DNA from: Giardia intestinalis
Taxonomy: Eukaryota
Length of the DNA stretch: 64,000 bases
Assembly (NCBI GenBank): GCA_000002435.2
Contig: CM018793.1
Reading direction: 5' to 3' (one strand)
Shown here: piece after piece, positions 40,701-48,890 of the stretch
Position numbering within the stretch: the first letter of the stretch is position 1
Layout of the letters: every line of letters begins with the position of its first letter
Notes under the pieces: generated by a model
Database searches by the model: none
The model's input: the letters and a program-made list of their open reading frames with translations, nothing else
What the model was told of the DNA's origin: nothing
Translations under genes and position numbers: made by a program

Positions 40701-42671
40701 GAGCTCCTTGAGCTCTGCGATCTGGTTATCGCGCGCCTCGATCTCATCGGTCAGCGCCCTGATCTTCTCCTCGAGGGCGCGGATGGCCGTCTCGTCTGCG
40801 GGGGCGTCGCGCGACCTACCGCTGAGCTCCTTGACCTGCTGCTGGAGCTCCTCGATGCGCGCAAGGTACTCTGCAGCGTCTGCTCCCCGCGTGGCGTCTG
40901 CCTCCAGGGCGTCCACCCTTTCCTGGAGAGCCGCGCTGTTCTTCATCTCCTCCTGGATGCGGTCGCGGAGGAGCTCGATCTCGTCGTCGCGCTCGTCGAT
41001 GTCCTGCTTCGCGTTGGCGAGCTCGAACTGGAGGTCTGCGATCTGCTCGTTGAGCTCCTTGACCCTCTCGTCGTCGCCGCCCTGCGCGTCGGCGAGGAGC
41101 CTCTCCAGCCCTGCGATCTGCGCCTCGAGCTGGGCTACGCGTTTATCGCCCTCGGCAGACGACCTCTGGGCGCTCTCTGCGCGCATGACGAGGTCCTGGA
41201 GGCGGGCGATCTCCGAGTTCTTGGCGGCGATGATGGCGTCGAAGTCCGCCGCCTCGCCTCCCCTGGCCAGGGTCTCCTCGAGGCGGCTCTGGAGGGCCTC
41301 GAGCTCCCCGTCCTTGGCGAGGAGGGCCTGGCGGAGGCTCTCGACCTCCTCCTCGAGAATCTGCGTGGCGTACGCCTCGTCCTGGCTGGCGGCTGCCTGT
41401 TCCAGCTCGGCAATGCGTGCGTCGCGCTCATCGAGCATGGACCGGAGGCCTGCGAGTTCGTCCTCGAAGGCCCTGGTCTTCTCGACGATGGGCCGGAGCC
41501 CCGAGAGGTCGGACTCGCGCGCCTCCAGCTCCTCCCGGAGGGCGCTGATCTTGTTTTCGTAGTCTGCAAGAAGGGCCGCGTCTCCCGTGGGCGACGGGAC
41601 GGCGGTCAGGCGCTCGTTGAGGGCGCGGATGTCCCTCTCCTTCTCCGCGAGCTCGGACTGGAGCGCCCTGATCTTGTCCTTGAGGCCGTCGACGTCCTCG
41701 CCAGACCCGCCGGCGCTGAGCATTCCCTCCATGTCGGAGAGACGCTCCTTGAGGTCGCTGATGATGGCGTCCTTGTCGGCCGTCTCGGACTGGAGCCTGC
41801 TGATCTCGATGCGCAGCGTGGTGATGTTCTCCTCCATGTTCTTGACCTGGCCGTGCAGGGAAACGTTCTGGCCGATGACGATCGACGACTCGTCGTGCAG
41901 CGAGGCCAGCTTCAGCTCGAGCTGCATGATCTTGGACTCGAGCTCGTGCTCGAGCTGCGTCTTGGTCTGCGTGAGGGAGTCAGCCTGTCCGCCGGGGAAG
42001 CGGTGCGCGTCGATCAGAGAGAATGACAGGGAGAGGTCGAGGGCGGGGTTTCCGACCTGGGACGAGGAGAAGTTCATGAGCGAGGGGCGGGTGAACTCCG
42101 GAATCAGGTTCGCCTCATAGGACGCGAGGCACTGGACGATGTCGGTGTGCCCGTTCTCGGCCGCGAGCACGAACGCCGTCTTGTGGTCGTACGAGACGAT
42201 CTCCTTCTCGCGGACCACGAGGAGCTTCACCACGTCCGTGTGGCCGGCCGCCGCCGCGTACATCAGGGCGGTGCGCCCGCGCGCGTCTGTCTTGGCCTTG
42301 AGGTAGGGGAGCAGGTTGCTGACCGCCGCGGTCGACCCGTGCTCGGCGGCGAGCATGAGAGGCGTCATCTGGAAGTCGCCGTAGGTGGTGTTGACCTCAT
42401 AGGCGACGAGGCGCTTGCAGACGTCGCCCTTGTTGGCCTCGGCGGCGATCATGATGGCGGTCTTCCCCTCGCCGTTGACCATGCCGTTCTCGAAGAAGCC
42501 GAGGATCTTGACAAGCTCCACGTTCCCTTCGCGCGCGGCGATCATCAGGCCCGTCTCGCCGTCGCCGTTGACGGACTTGGCGTACTCTGCTGCGTGGTTG
42601 CGGATCAGCTCGACCTGGCCGGCCTGGATGGCCTCAAACCATTCCTCCACAGAAGACACCACTGCAGGCAT
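37788..42671 (-). CDS. Ankyrin-repeat plus giant coiled-coil protein; GASP-180-like axoneme-associated protein family (inference)
   Basis: N-terminal ~200 aa contain 5-6 ankyrin repeats, followed by ~1400 aa of continuous heptad coiled coil. 1627 aa is about 180 kDa. The gene is markedly GC3-rich (~65% GC versus ~48% in neighbours). ATG at 42671. Confidence 0.7.
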   Translation of the reverse strand: MPAVVSSVEEWFEAIQAGQVELIRNHAAEYAKSVNGDGETGLMIAAREGNVELVKILGFFENGMVNGEGKTAIMIAAEANKGDVCKRLVAYEVNTTYGDFQMTPLMLAAEHGSTAAVSNLLPYLKAKTDARGRTALMYAAAAGHTDVVKLLVVREKEIVSYDHKTAFVLAAENGHTDIVQCLASYEANLIPEFTRPSLMNFSSSQVGNPALDLSLSFSLIDAHRFPGGQADSLTQTKTQLEHELESKIMQLELKLASLHDESSIVIGQNVSLHGQVKNMEENITTLRIEISRLQSETADKDAIISDLKERLSDMEGMLSAGGSGEDVDGLKDKIRALQSELAEKERDIRALNERLTAVPSPTGDAALLADYENKISALREELEARESDLSGLRPIVEKTRAFEDELAGLRSMLDERDARIAELEQAAASQDEAYATQILEEEVESLRQALLAKDGELEALQSRLEETLARGGEAADFDAIIAAKNSEIARLQDLVMRAESAQRSSAEGDKRVAQLEAQIAGLERLLADAQGGDDERVKELNEQIADLQFELANAKQDIDERDDEIELLRDRIQEEMKNSAALQERVDALEADATRGADAAEYLARIEELQQQVKELSGRSRDAPADETAIRALEEKIRALTDEIEARDNQIAELKELVDGAPAQPVETDPAQLTALEEENGRLKDELQALNDALEALRKSGADEASGLRGQVAHLNKEVSDLKEALANARASGDASDVERLVELQEQLEDAQEQLLSLKDRYDCAVAEMEDMRRELEQKPVGSTVYTDEPGASSEDLDRLKEELDALREEVQVLNEELEVMHGQNREQKDELNRLNGALDAKESLIADLKAQLDSTVPQDDARIKILEDEIADLRGTVAARDDAIRGLEEKTARLAELEQLAADKGKEVADKEHSLRRLEDEVRQLNDALCELREKPLSVAPSDQSGAEYVDAQTEISDVDPEEQAKVSSILDFDDGLVQKVDELQALVNALTGENDHYKGEHARIMAEMDALKEDLRNGRLRSDSLEGDKERLMKQVRDLTDLVESLRKDLGAPQDQGEVAALRQEVADLRSRVDELIDAAKGKDETIEQLEKELAIARASAENTERLSELLAEVEGYKAKLGESKEMVDSLLAQLASKDAELAGATTGLRAVTDDDGAELAKARVASLENEVAELRGQLNAKLAEIDAVHKNLVDSDAEAARLREELGGLRVQLEAAQVPEDTERVRMLEDQLQDARKELAELRAALEAKEMETEGLRAELATADPELANKLEASEATVRELRESAEALQDKLHALSDSRAADGDLQKLVEQLEKDLSGAKELVAERDATIDELKQRLRDTEEYDDLKERIAELDDEIAVLNDGLKDKDAEIAELREQLEAQPTATTVYPESGEEVGDAAALREVQDENAALKDELEAKRSLIDELQDEIDGLKQQCSDLKDEMIKLDSANNDKITTLQCSLDESRKQIADLQEEVEVLKNTANDIDPAVVESLQEELRKLQEELDDRENTITELQGLLDDQEGKNAEVSAQIEALNRELEEARDANLHSANDERTMALEAEIASLQESLDKANEDLAQKTDECGKAISETGNLRKAVEYYKKLVDDIRAGIVVLDDNLSALDLQ

Positions 42672-42775
42672 GTTTTATTATCCAGATAGTGTAAAGGTCC
42701 ATTCGATTTTAAATTCACTTCCCGCCCCTCAGATGCGGCCGGCGTGCGCTGTGTGTGCGGCCGGACCCGCCTGCA

Positions 42776-44218
42776 TCACCAGGGGGCCGCGAACCTTGCG
42801 ACTTCTCCAATGGTGCTCGCGAGGACGTCTGCGGTGAGCCCGTCGAATTTCGCTGAAAGAAGGCCGGCTACTACGAGCTGCTTTTCGTCCTCATCGAGGT
42901 GTCTGTACCGCTCCAGGGTGCCCAGGTCTATGAGGGCGTCTGGATCCCGGCGAGCTCGGCCCTTCTGCTGCATGGCGCTTTCTGCTAGGCAAAGCATTGC
43001 CGAGCACTGCTCGGTGACCTTTATGATGACTCCTATTTGGCCGCCTATCGTCGCGTATAGTATGGGAGGATACGGCTCAATGAGCTGCCGACCAGACGCG
43101 TGGCTTCTGCTCGTCGCGACGGCGCTGCTCTCCCTTCGATGGCCTGGCGCGGGGCCGAAGCAGACGACCTGCTCCCCGACGTAATGGGATGCGACAGTCT
43201 TCAGCCCCTGCGAGCTGTGCAGTTTGATGATGTGTATGTACCCTGCGCGATCCCCAACCAGTATCGGTCCGTCGACGCCTATCTGATAGATGCACGCCGG
43301 GATCATCCGCTGCAAGAGCTGTGACTGGATTACCAGGCGGGGCTGCTCCAGAGTAGTGTGCGCAGTCCTTAGCCCGTCGCTCATGAGCGTCACGCCCTTG
43401 AGCATATCCAGTATAGTCACTTGGGAGTACGCCGTGCCTAGCTTCAGAAGCAGCGCAGGCCCGGTGCAGCCGTACACCTCCAGCAGTTGGTACTCCGTGC
43501 TCATAAACGGCTTTCCTATGGATTGACCAAAGTGAAGCCCGTGCGTGTCCCTCGTAATGTCCTCTTGGGCCAGGTCTTTGTCTGTTACCAAGGCAAGGAT
43601 GATTATGGCGGTTCGCAGCGAGACAGCTACGCGGTGGTTTGTGTAGGGTGCGATGTCGCACACGGTGTTGTTGCTGAACAGAAAGTTCGCAACAAGCTCT
43701 ACCGCATACTCCTCCTTCGGAGAGTACGAGATCTTCATGCTATAGACTGCTACGAATCCGTCCTCGGCGTCGGCCTGCTCGGCAGACGGAAGGTTATAAC
43801 TCACAACAATAAACGGAAGCCTGTCGCTGCGCAGCGGCATGTACTGTAATCCGCTGATGACGGCGTTGTCGGGAAGCTGCACCGTGAAGACCGGGCGCAA
43901 GTTGTACGTGAAAAATCCCAATGCAGCGTACGAGTTCTGGTGCATCAGGGCTTCTGGAATAGTGCTCGTGGGGGCGGGGTATCCGGGATTCCCCGTGGCT
44001 AGTACGTCGAAGGTCCTGGTTACGTTGCTGTAGGAGTAATGCTCTACCGGGCCCTCTTGGAGAGCGGAGGTGTCCGACTCGTCTGCTCCTTTTCTGACCT
44101 CTCCTGCCATCAGATTGACAACTGATGCTGTCTTGTTGATTCCCCCGCAAGTAGTCGACTGGTTGGTTCCTCCGCCCGAGGATAGAGGGCGTAGAGAGTG
44201 GAACCCCACGCACAGCAT
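42776..44218 (-). CDS. CPSF_A-domain protein (DDB1/CPSF160/SF3B3 family C-terminal region only)
   Basis: C-terminal motifs HYVGEQVVCF, ILYATIGGQIGVI and IDLGTLERYRHLDEDEKQLVVAGL match the DDB1/CPSF160 C-terminal domain. The protein is only ~480-495 aa. First ATG at 44218; the track start at 44263 is TTG. Confidence 0.55.
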   Translation of the reverse strand: MLCVGFHSLRPLSSGGGTNQSTTCGGINKTASVVNLMAGEVRKGADESDTSALQEGPVEHYSYSNVTRTFDVLATGNPGYPAPTSTIPEALMHQNSYAALGFFTYNLRPVFTVQLPDNAVISGLQYMPLRSDRLPFIVVSYNLPSAEQADAEDGFVAVYSMKISYSPKEEYAVELVANFLFSNNTVCDIAPYTNHRVAVSLRTAIIILALVTDKDLAQEDITRDTHGLHFGQSIGKPFMSTEYQLLEVYGCTGPALLLKLGTAYSQVTILDMLKGVTLMSDGLRTAHTTLEQPRLVIQSQLLQRMIPACIYQIGVDGPILVGDRAGYIHIIKLHSSQGLKTVASHYVGEQVVCFGPAPGHRRESSAVATSRSHASGRQLIEPYPPILYATIGGQIGVIIKVTEQCSAMLCLAESAMQQKGRARRDPDALIDLGTLERYRHLDEDEKQLVVAGLLSAKFDGLTADVLASTIGEVARFAAPW

Positions 44219-44851
44219 TCCGTGGTAGACAATATGGGCGAGCCTTCTTGGGAGTCCTGGCAACGGAGCACTTGAGCAAATGATGGTCTACGGGGATCTA
44301 TGCGCTAAAAGGAGAAATAGTTGGTCTGATCTTCCTATCGCTGCGTACAAGGAAAGCCCGCACCGTGATCTCCTCCACCAGGGGTCATCCTGTCTCATCT
44401 CCGGTGCTGTCCTTCGCCGGGCCTTCGGTGGGACACCCATGCATATCGGTCATTGCACAATATACAGTATGAATCTCTAACAATCTCTGACACATTGCAC
44501 AGCCCTACCAGCCGCCAGCTCGGCCATCCTACGGCAGAGACTCCTTAATTCGTTCTGAATTGAGAAGAGGGCCCAGGGCTACGATTAGTGTTATGCGAGC
44601 ACGAGATGCAGACCTCCTTCATCAATGCCTCTCCCTCCTGCCAGACAATGCCCTTTGTAGATACAAAATGGACGTAGATACCTGTCCAAAGATGGGGGCG
44701 TTATTCTTTACCTAAACACCACTTGTTGCTATGCCTTCGCCAGACGCACCAGCCCTAAATAGAGTCTCAGTTCTTGCTACTCAGAGCTAATGATGATTGT
44801 CCTCTGGTGCCCTCTAAAGCATTCTAGGACTCCAACATCCGCGCCTGTGAC

Positions 44852-47494
44852 CTAGATTGTTGCTGTGTTACTGACTAAATTTGTTGACAGAATCTGCGCC
44901 AGGTCGGTTCCTCTCGGGATTATCTCTATGTACTCCCTGGGGTCTGCCGAGGGGATAATCCAGTTTGTCGCGGGAATGCTAGTGAACCACTGTGAAACGT
45001 TTTCCCCCTGAAGAATTACGGATCTCCTAGGAGCTCGCTTCTGAGTCACTTCGATTCTGTTCCTGTGCAGCAGTATGCAGCTCGCAGTGTTGATGGAGTG
45101 GTGGCCTGCATGCTCCTCGACAATGGCAAGGGAGGACACGTTCGAGGCCTGGTAGTCGCATTTGCTCACGAGGATGCAATGGTGCTCGGGCAGCTTCGTT
45201 GCGCTCGTGAGGTGAGTGGACTTTGTTAGAATGGGTGACGTCCGAAGAGACAGGGTACCATACATGGGCTTTCCGGTGGCCTCCCCTGATTGGGACTGCA
45301 CCACAGACGAGGGCACTGTGTCGAAGACTAGAGATCCCCCAATGATGCTGTCCTCCTCCTGCTCTGCCGGGCTAGGGGCTTCCGGAGCAGGGGCTGCTCT
45401 CTGCTCCGACACCCGGTACCTGTAGTTGATGTTCGTGTCTATGGCCGTGTTGGATATGACAAGCCCGCAGACGGAGCTCATCTCGTAGCGGGACAAGTAG
45501 AGGGCTGATGTGTTCCTGAGCCTGTGCATCATGGCACCAATGCCGTTTTCGCTAAACACAGTGTAGACAAACCGCGCATCGTATGCGTCGTTCGCCACAA
45601 TCGCCCCCACGCAGCAGTTATTGATGAAGCACGTGTTGGCGTGGACGGAGCCATCGGAAGTGTACACCCCCACAAAGGAGTTGAACAGGTGAGTATCACT
45701 CATTGCTAGATGGGAGCCCTCCTTGACGACAATAAGGGACCCCTTCACAATCATCTCTCTATCCCTGAGAAACCTGTCTGGCGTGAGCATGAAGGGAAGG
45801 TTCTTGGCTGGCTCCTCGGCGGCCTCTAGGCTGCACAACTCCCTGGGATGTCTGCTGCCCTGTCCGCCAAAGTCCTGTGTGCGACTGATAGCGCTGTTCA
45901 TCAAGCTTCTTTGCGTGTCGAGTTCTAAGATGGGGGATAACGCCACGGTTCGAAAGCTCGTGGTCATCGCGAGGGGGTTGATTTGTGTGCAGAAGACAGA
46001 GGAGCCATGAATGTACAGCTGGGACGCCGAGGATACAAGAACGGGGCACCTTGGCCCAACATACAGGCTGCTTTCGCTCTCGGGAAGCTTGTGCGACAGA
46101 CTGAATGGAAGGCTCGCCAAACTATTCGAGTTAATCCTGGACTTAATCAGTAGCGTACTCGTAGACCTGTTGGTCACGACGAGACACGGGTTAATGGTAG
46201 CAAGATCACGCTCCAAGTGCGCCAGCGAATCCGCAGTTAGAGTCACCCCCACTCTTTCTAGAGCCTGCGAGATGGCTGCCAGCGAGAGGTTGTTGGGAGA
46301 CGAAGACCTCAGCAGCTTCTGGAGCCGGGGGACAGACGACGCCATGGAGCGGTCCCTTGACGCTATGGGACACCCGGGTAGCCCCGTGTACCGGTCTGTG
46401 AAGGACTCTGAAGAGTAGGCGGGCGTGGACTCGATCGTGCAGTTGATGATGTTCGCGTTGCTTCCGATGACGTACACTCTCCCTATTATGTGAAGGTTGA
46501 AGATCGTGCTATTGTCTGTGAGTATGACGGTGCCGTACACAACAGAGCGACGCTTCCTGTTAGCGGTAAGGGACTGGGTGACGCGGGACTCAAACCTGCA
46601 CTGCGCCTTCTGCACTGCGACGTCTGTCCCGCCCCTGCTGGAAGCCCCGCCCAGGGTTGTTCTGGGGGGAAGTACCAATGCGGCAGGCAAGACGTACAGG
46701 CCAGTCTTGAGAATGTGGATTTTGAATAGGTCTGCGTGGCCTACGTATATGTTCTTTGCTAGGGCGACGGAGTCTAGAATGCCCTTGATGTTGTGGTGAG
46801 ACTTGAACAGCGGTAAAGACGCCGAGAGCGTATCCATGACATTCTGGCGGACGAGCGAGATAAGAGAGCCAGTGGGAGCATGGGCAGCTGGTGCGGAGCG
46901 ATCAGTGGAGGAGCTGGCAAGCTGGTGCATGTGTCTGGCGGCGAGATCCTCCATGGACGCGAGAAGCTCAGCCGCAGTCGACATGAAGACCAGGTTTCCA
47001 GCCCTCTGGGCAATGAAGTCGACCGTTGCCTGATTGCTTGCTATGCATCCCTGGTAGACGGAGGCTAGGCGGGCCTTCATGTTCCGCACCCACAGCTCGG
47101 ACGCCAGGAAGTTCTCCTCGGTGATCTTTTCGAGCTTGCTGATCTGGACTTCGAGCGCCTGTTCTATCGTCGTGGCCACTCTGCCAAACCTGTCAAGCTC
47201 GTTGCGATCGATCTTCTCCTCGATGCTCGTCTTCTTGCTCTCTGCAAGGTACAGGCTAGCCTCCGCCTTGGTCCTGGCCTGCTCCATTGAGACGTACGCC
47301 TTTAAGATGAGGCTCTTGTGGGTCGCGCTATGCTTGTCGTCTGCGAAGTGCTCTGTCAGAATGCACGACTGACATTTTAATTCCTGGCGTTTGTGTGCGT
47401 GGGTTTCCAATTCAAGTTTACACAGCGGACACAGGATCTTATGGGCTCCTGGGCGAACAAGGTTGGCGCATGCGACACAGCATAGAGACGCCAT
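44852..47494 (-). CDS. B-box-type zinc finger / coiled-coil protein with C-terminal parallel beta-helix-like repeats, hypothetical
   Basis: N-terminus CCVAC...CPLC...HAH...CQSC...H, then a ~150-aa coiled coil, then repeated NxxxI/V-containing ~25-aa units. ATG at 47494 preceded by caaaaaacaa. Confidence 0.5.
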   Translation of the reverse strand: MASLCCVACANLVRPGAHKILCPLCKLELETHAHKRQELKCQSCILTEHFADDKHSATHKSLILKAYVSMEQARTKAEASLYLAESKKTSIEEKIDRNELDRFGRVATTIEQALEVQISKLEKITEENFLASELWVRNMKARLASVYQGCIASNQATVDFIAQRAGNLVFMSTAAELLASMEDLAARHMHQLASSSTDRSAPAAHAPTGSLISLVRQNVMDTLSASLPLFKSHHNIKGILDSVALAKNIYVGHADLFKIHILKTGLYVLPAALVLPPRTTLGGASSRGGTDVAVQKAQCRFESRVTQSLTANRKRRSVVYGTVILTDNSTIFNLHIIGRVYVIGSNANIINCTIESTPAYSSESFTDRYTGLPGCPIASRDRSMASSVPRLQKLLRSSSPNNLSLAAISQALERVGVTLTADSLAHLERDLATINPCLVVTNRSTSTLLIKSRINSNSLASLPFSLSHKLPESESSLYVGPRCPVLVSSASQLYIHGSSVFCTQINPLAMTTSFRTVALSPILELDTQRSLMNSAISRTQDFGGQGSRHPRELCSLEAAEEPAKNLPFMLTPDRFLRDREMIVKGSLIVVKEGSHLAMSDTHLFNSFVGVYTSDGSVHANTCFINNCCVGAIVANDAYDARFVYTVFSENGIGAMMHRLRNTSALYLSRYEMSSVCGLVISNTAIDTNINYRYRVSEQRAAPAPEAPSPAEQEEDSIIGGSLVFDTVPSSVVQSQSGEATGKPMYGTLSLRTSPILTKSTHLTSATKLPEHHCILVSKCDYQASNVSSLAIVEEHAGHHSINTASCILLHRNRIEVTQKRAPRRSVILQGENVSQWFTSIPATNWIIPSADPREYIEIIPRGTDLAQILSTNLVSNTATI

Positions 47495-47527
47495 TTGTTT
47501 TTTGACGAGCGGCCGACACGGGTCCCG

Positions 47528-47872
47528 CTAGCGGTTCCTTCTGTCTTGCTCCTGGGTGGATGCGGCCAGGATTCTTCCTATCTCTTCTGCAAACGAGCCT
47601 CGGGGCTCACAAACAATTCTCCCGAGCTCTTGTCCATCGCGCAGAAAGACCCAAGTGGGGACCGCTGTGACCCCATACCTTACGGCATAACCCTCTCTGT
47701 CCCGCAGGTTGTGCATCTGGACGCGCACCTCGGCGATCCGTGGCTGATGTGCTGCAGCGGCCGCCGAGAACTCCTGCTGCCTCTGGGCCACGAGGAGCCT
47801 CTGTGTGCGCTCGTCTGGCATGAACGCAAGCACGTCCAGCCGCCGCGCCCCCGAACCGCAAGGCCTCTCCAT
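47528..47872 (-). CDS. Thioredoxin-like protein, degenerate paralog lacking the CxxC active site
   Basis: The C-terminal half (YGVTAVPTWVFLRDGQELGRIV) parallels the adjacent thioredoxin. The position equivalent to WCKDC reads DERTQ. First ATG at 47872. Confidence 0.45.
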   Translation of the reverse strand: MERPCGSGARRLDVLAFMPDERTQRLLVAQRQQEFSAAAAAHQPRIAEVRVQMHNLRDREGYAVRYGVTAVPTWVFLRDGQELGRIVCEPRGSFAEEIGRILAASTQEQDRRNR

Positions 47873-47913
47873 GAGCGTACAAGCGCCAAAAGAATTCACT
47901 CCTGGTGGAAGGC

Positions 47914-48285
47914 CTAGAGCATGGCGGCCACGTCCTCGTCGAAGGAGGCCGTGAAGTTCTCGACGATCCGGCCGATCTCCTTCCCCCCGCGGAGGACGAC
48001 CCAGGACGGGACCTTCTTGACGCCGTACTTCTCGCAAAGGCCGGCGCTGTCCGTGCGGGTCTCCTTGTCGACGGTGGCGACGGTGACCTTGATCTTGTCG
48101 TTCGTCACGCACGTCATGATCCTGTTGAAGACGGGGATGCTGTACTGGCAGTCCTTGCACCATGGCCCGTGGAACGCGATGAGCTCCAGCTCCCCGGCCT
48201 CGTTGATCTTCTTCAGCGCAGAGGCGGTCGGCTCATACCAGTCGTTTGTCTCGTACTCGGGCGCGGAAATGGGGCTGAAGGGCAT
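47914..48285 (-). CDS. Thioredoxin-fold protein
   Basis: 123 aa with FHGPWCKDC active-site motif and a thioredoxin-like C-terminal beta strand and helix. ATG at 48285. Confidence 0.65.
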   Translation of the reverse strand: MPFSPISAPEYETNDWYEPTASALKKINEAGELELIAFHGPWCKDCQYSIPVFNRIMTCVTNDKIKVTVATVDKETRTDSAGLCEKYGVKKVPSWVVLRGGKEIGRIVENFTASFDEDVAAML

Positions 48286-48890
48286 CTGTCGCCGCAGCAG
48301 ATTTTCCCCGACGATTTTACTTTAAAATGGTACGGACTGCCTCTCTGTTGGCCGCTGGCCTCCCAGTTGCAGACTGAGAGCCAACACCGCGACCGGTATG
48401 CCTGACCTACTACCTAGTCAGTAGATACCCCTGTTCGGCAAGCAGAAGCTGTGGGGTTAGCCCTGGACAGGTCAGACTCGTTCTGTCCGTAAAGGCCCTC
48501 CGTGGCCGGCTCGTCACTTGTGGCGCCATGACTCAGACTCTGCACACGCTTATCGCACAGGGCATCCAACCCGTGCCTTCTGGGCGAGTAGTTAATGTCA
48601 AAGGCGATTATCGTGTCTTAGTGTGCCAGCGCATGACCGAGACTACCTTACAAAGTACAGTAGCGTACTGCCTAACGCTAGAAGCATGGGGCGACTTGTC
48701 CGAGAGCAGCCCATCCGTTATAGGGCCGCCCCTGTAATGGGTTCGCACAGGCCTCGGTCACCGACCACCCGAGATGTGATCTGCTCCTTGATGATTGTGT
48801 CATGTGCGAGCCTCTTTTGTATAATCCGAACACTACTTCCACTGATAACACGATCTGAGATTAAAAATTAATACTTTTAGACAGCTGTTG

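Noticed and set aside
37686-42689. Plus-strand ORFs of 645, 787, 318, 284, 281, 270, 207 and 204 aa opposite the large minus-strand coiled-coil gene
   Set aside because: Their translations are low-complexity (L/E/D/G/V- or S/A/R-rich) mirror images of a GC3-saturated coding strand. The minus-strand gene has clear ankyrin and heptad structure, so these are antisense shadow ORFs.
44264-44851. 588-bp ORF-free gap upstream of the CPSF_A-like gene, examined for a missing N-terminal exon or an ncRNA
   Set aside because: No ORF, no splice-like GT...AG with a Giardia branch motif, and no tRNA-like sequence was found by eye. It is recorded as a long intergenic region only.
47905-48405. Plus-strand ORFs of 166 and 134 aa over the thioredoxin gene
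   Set aside because: They lie antisense to a well-supported thioredoxin CDS in a GC-rich segment and carry no motif.
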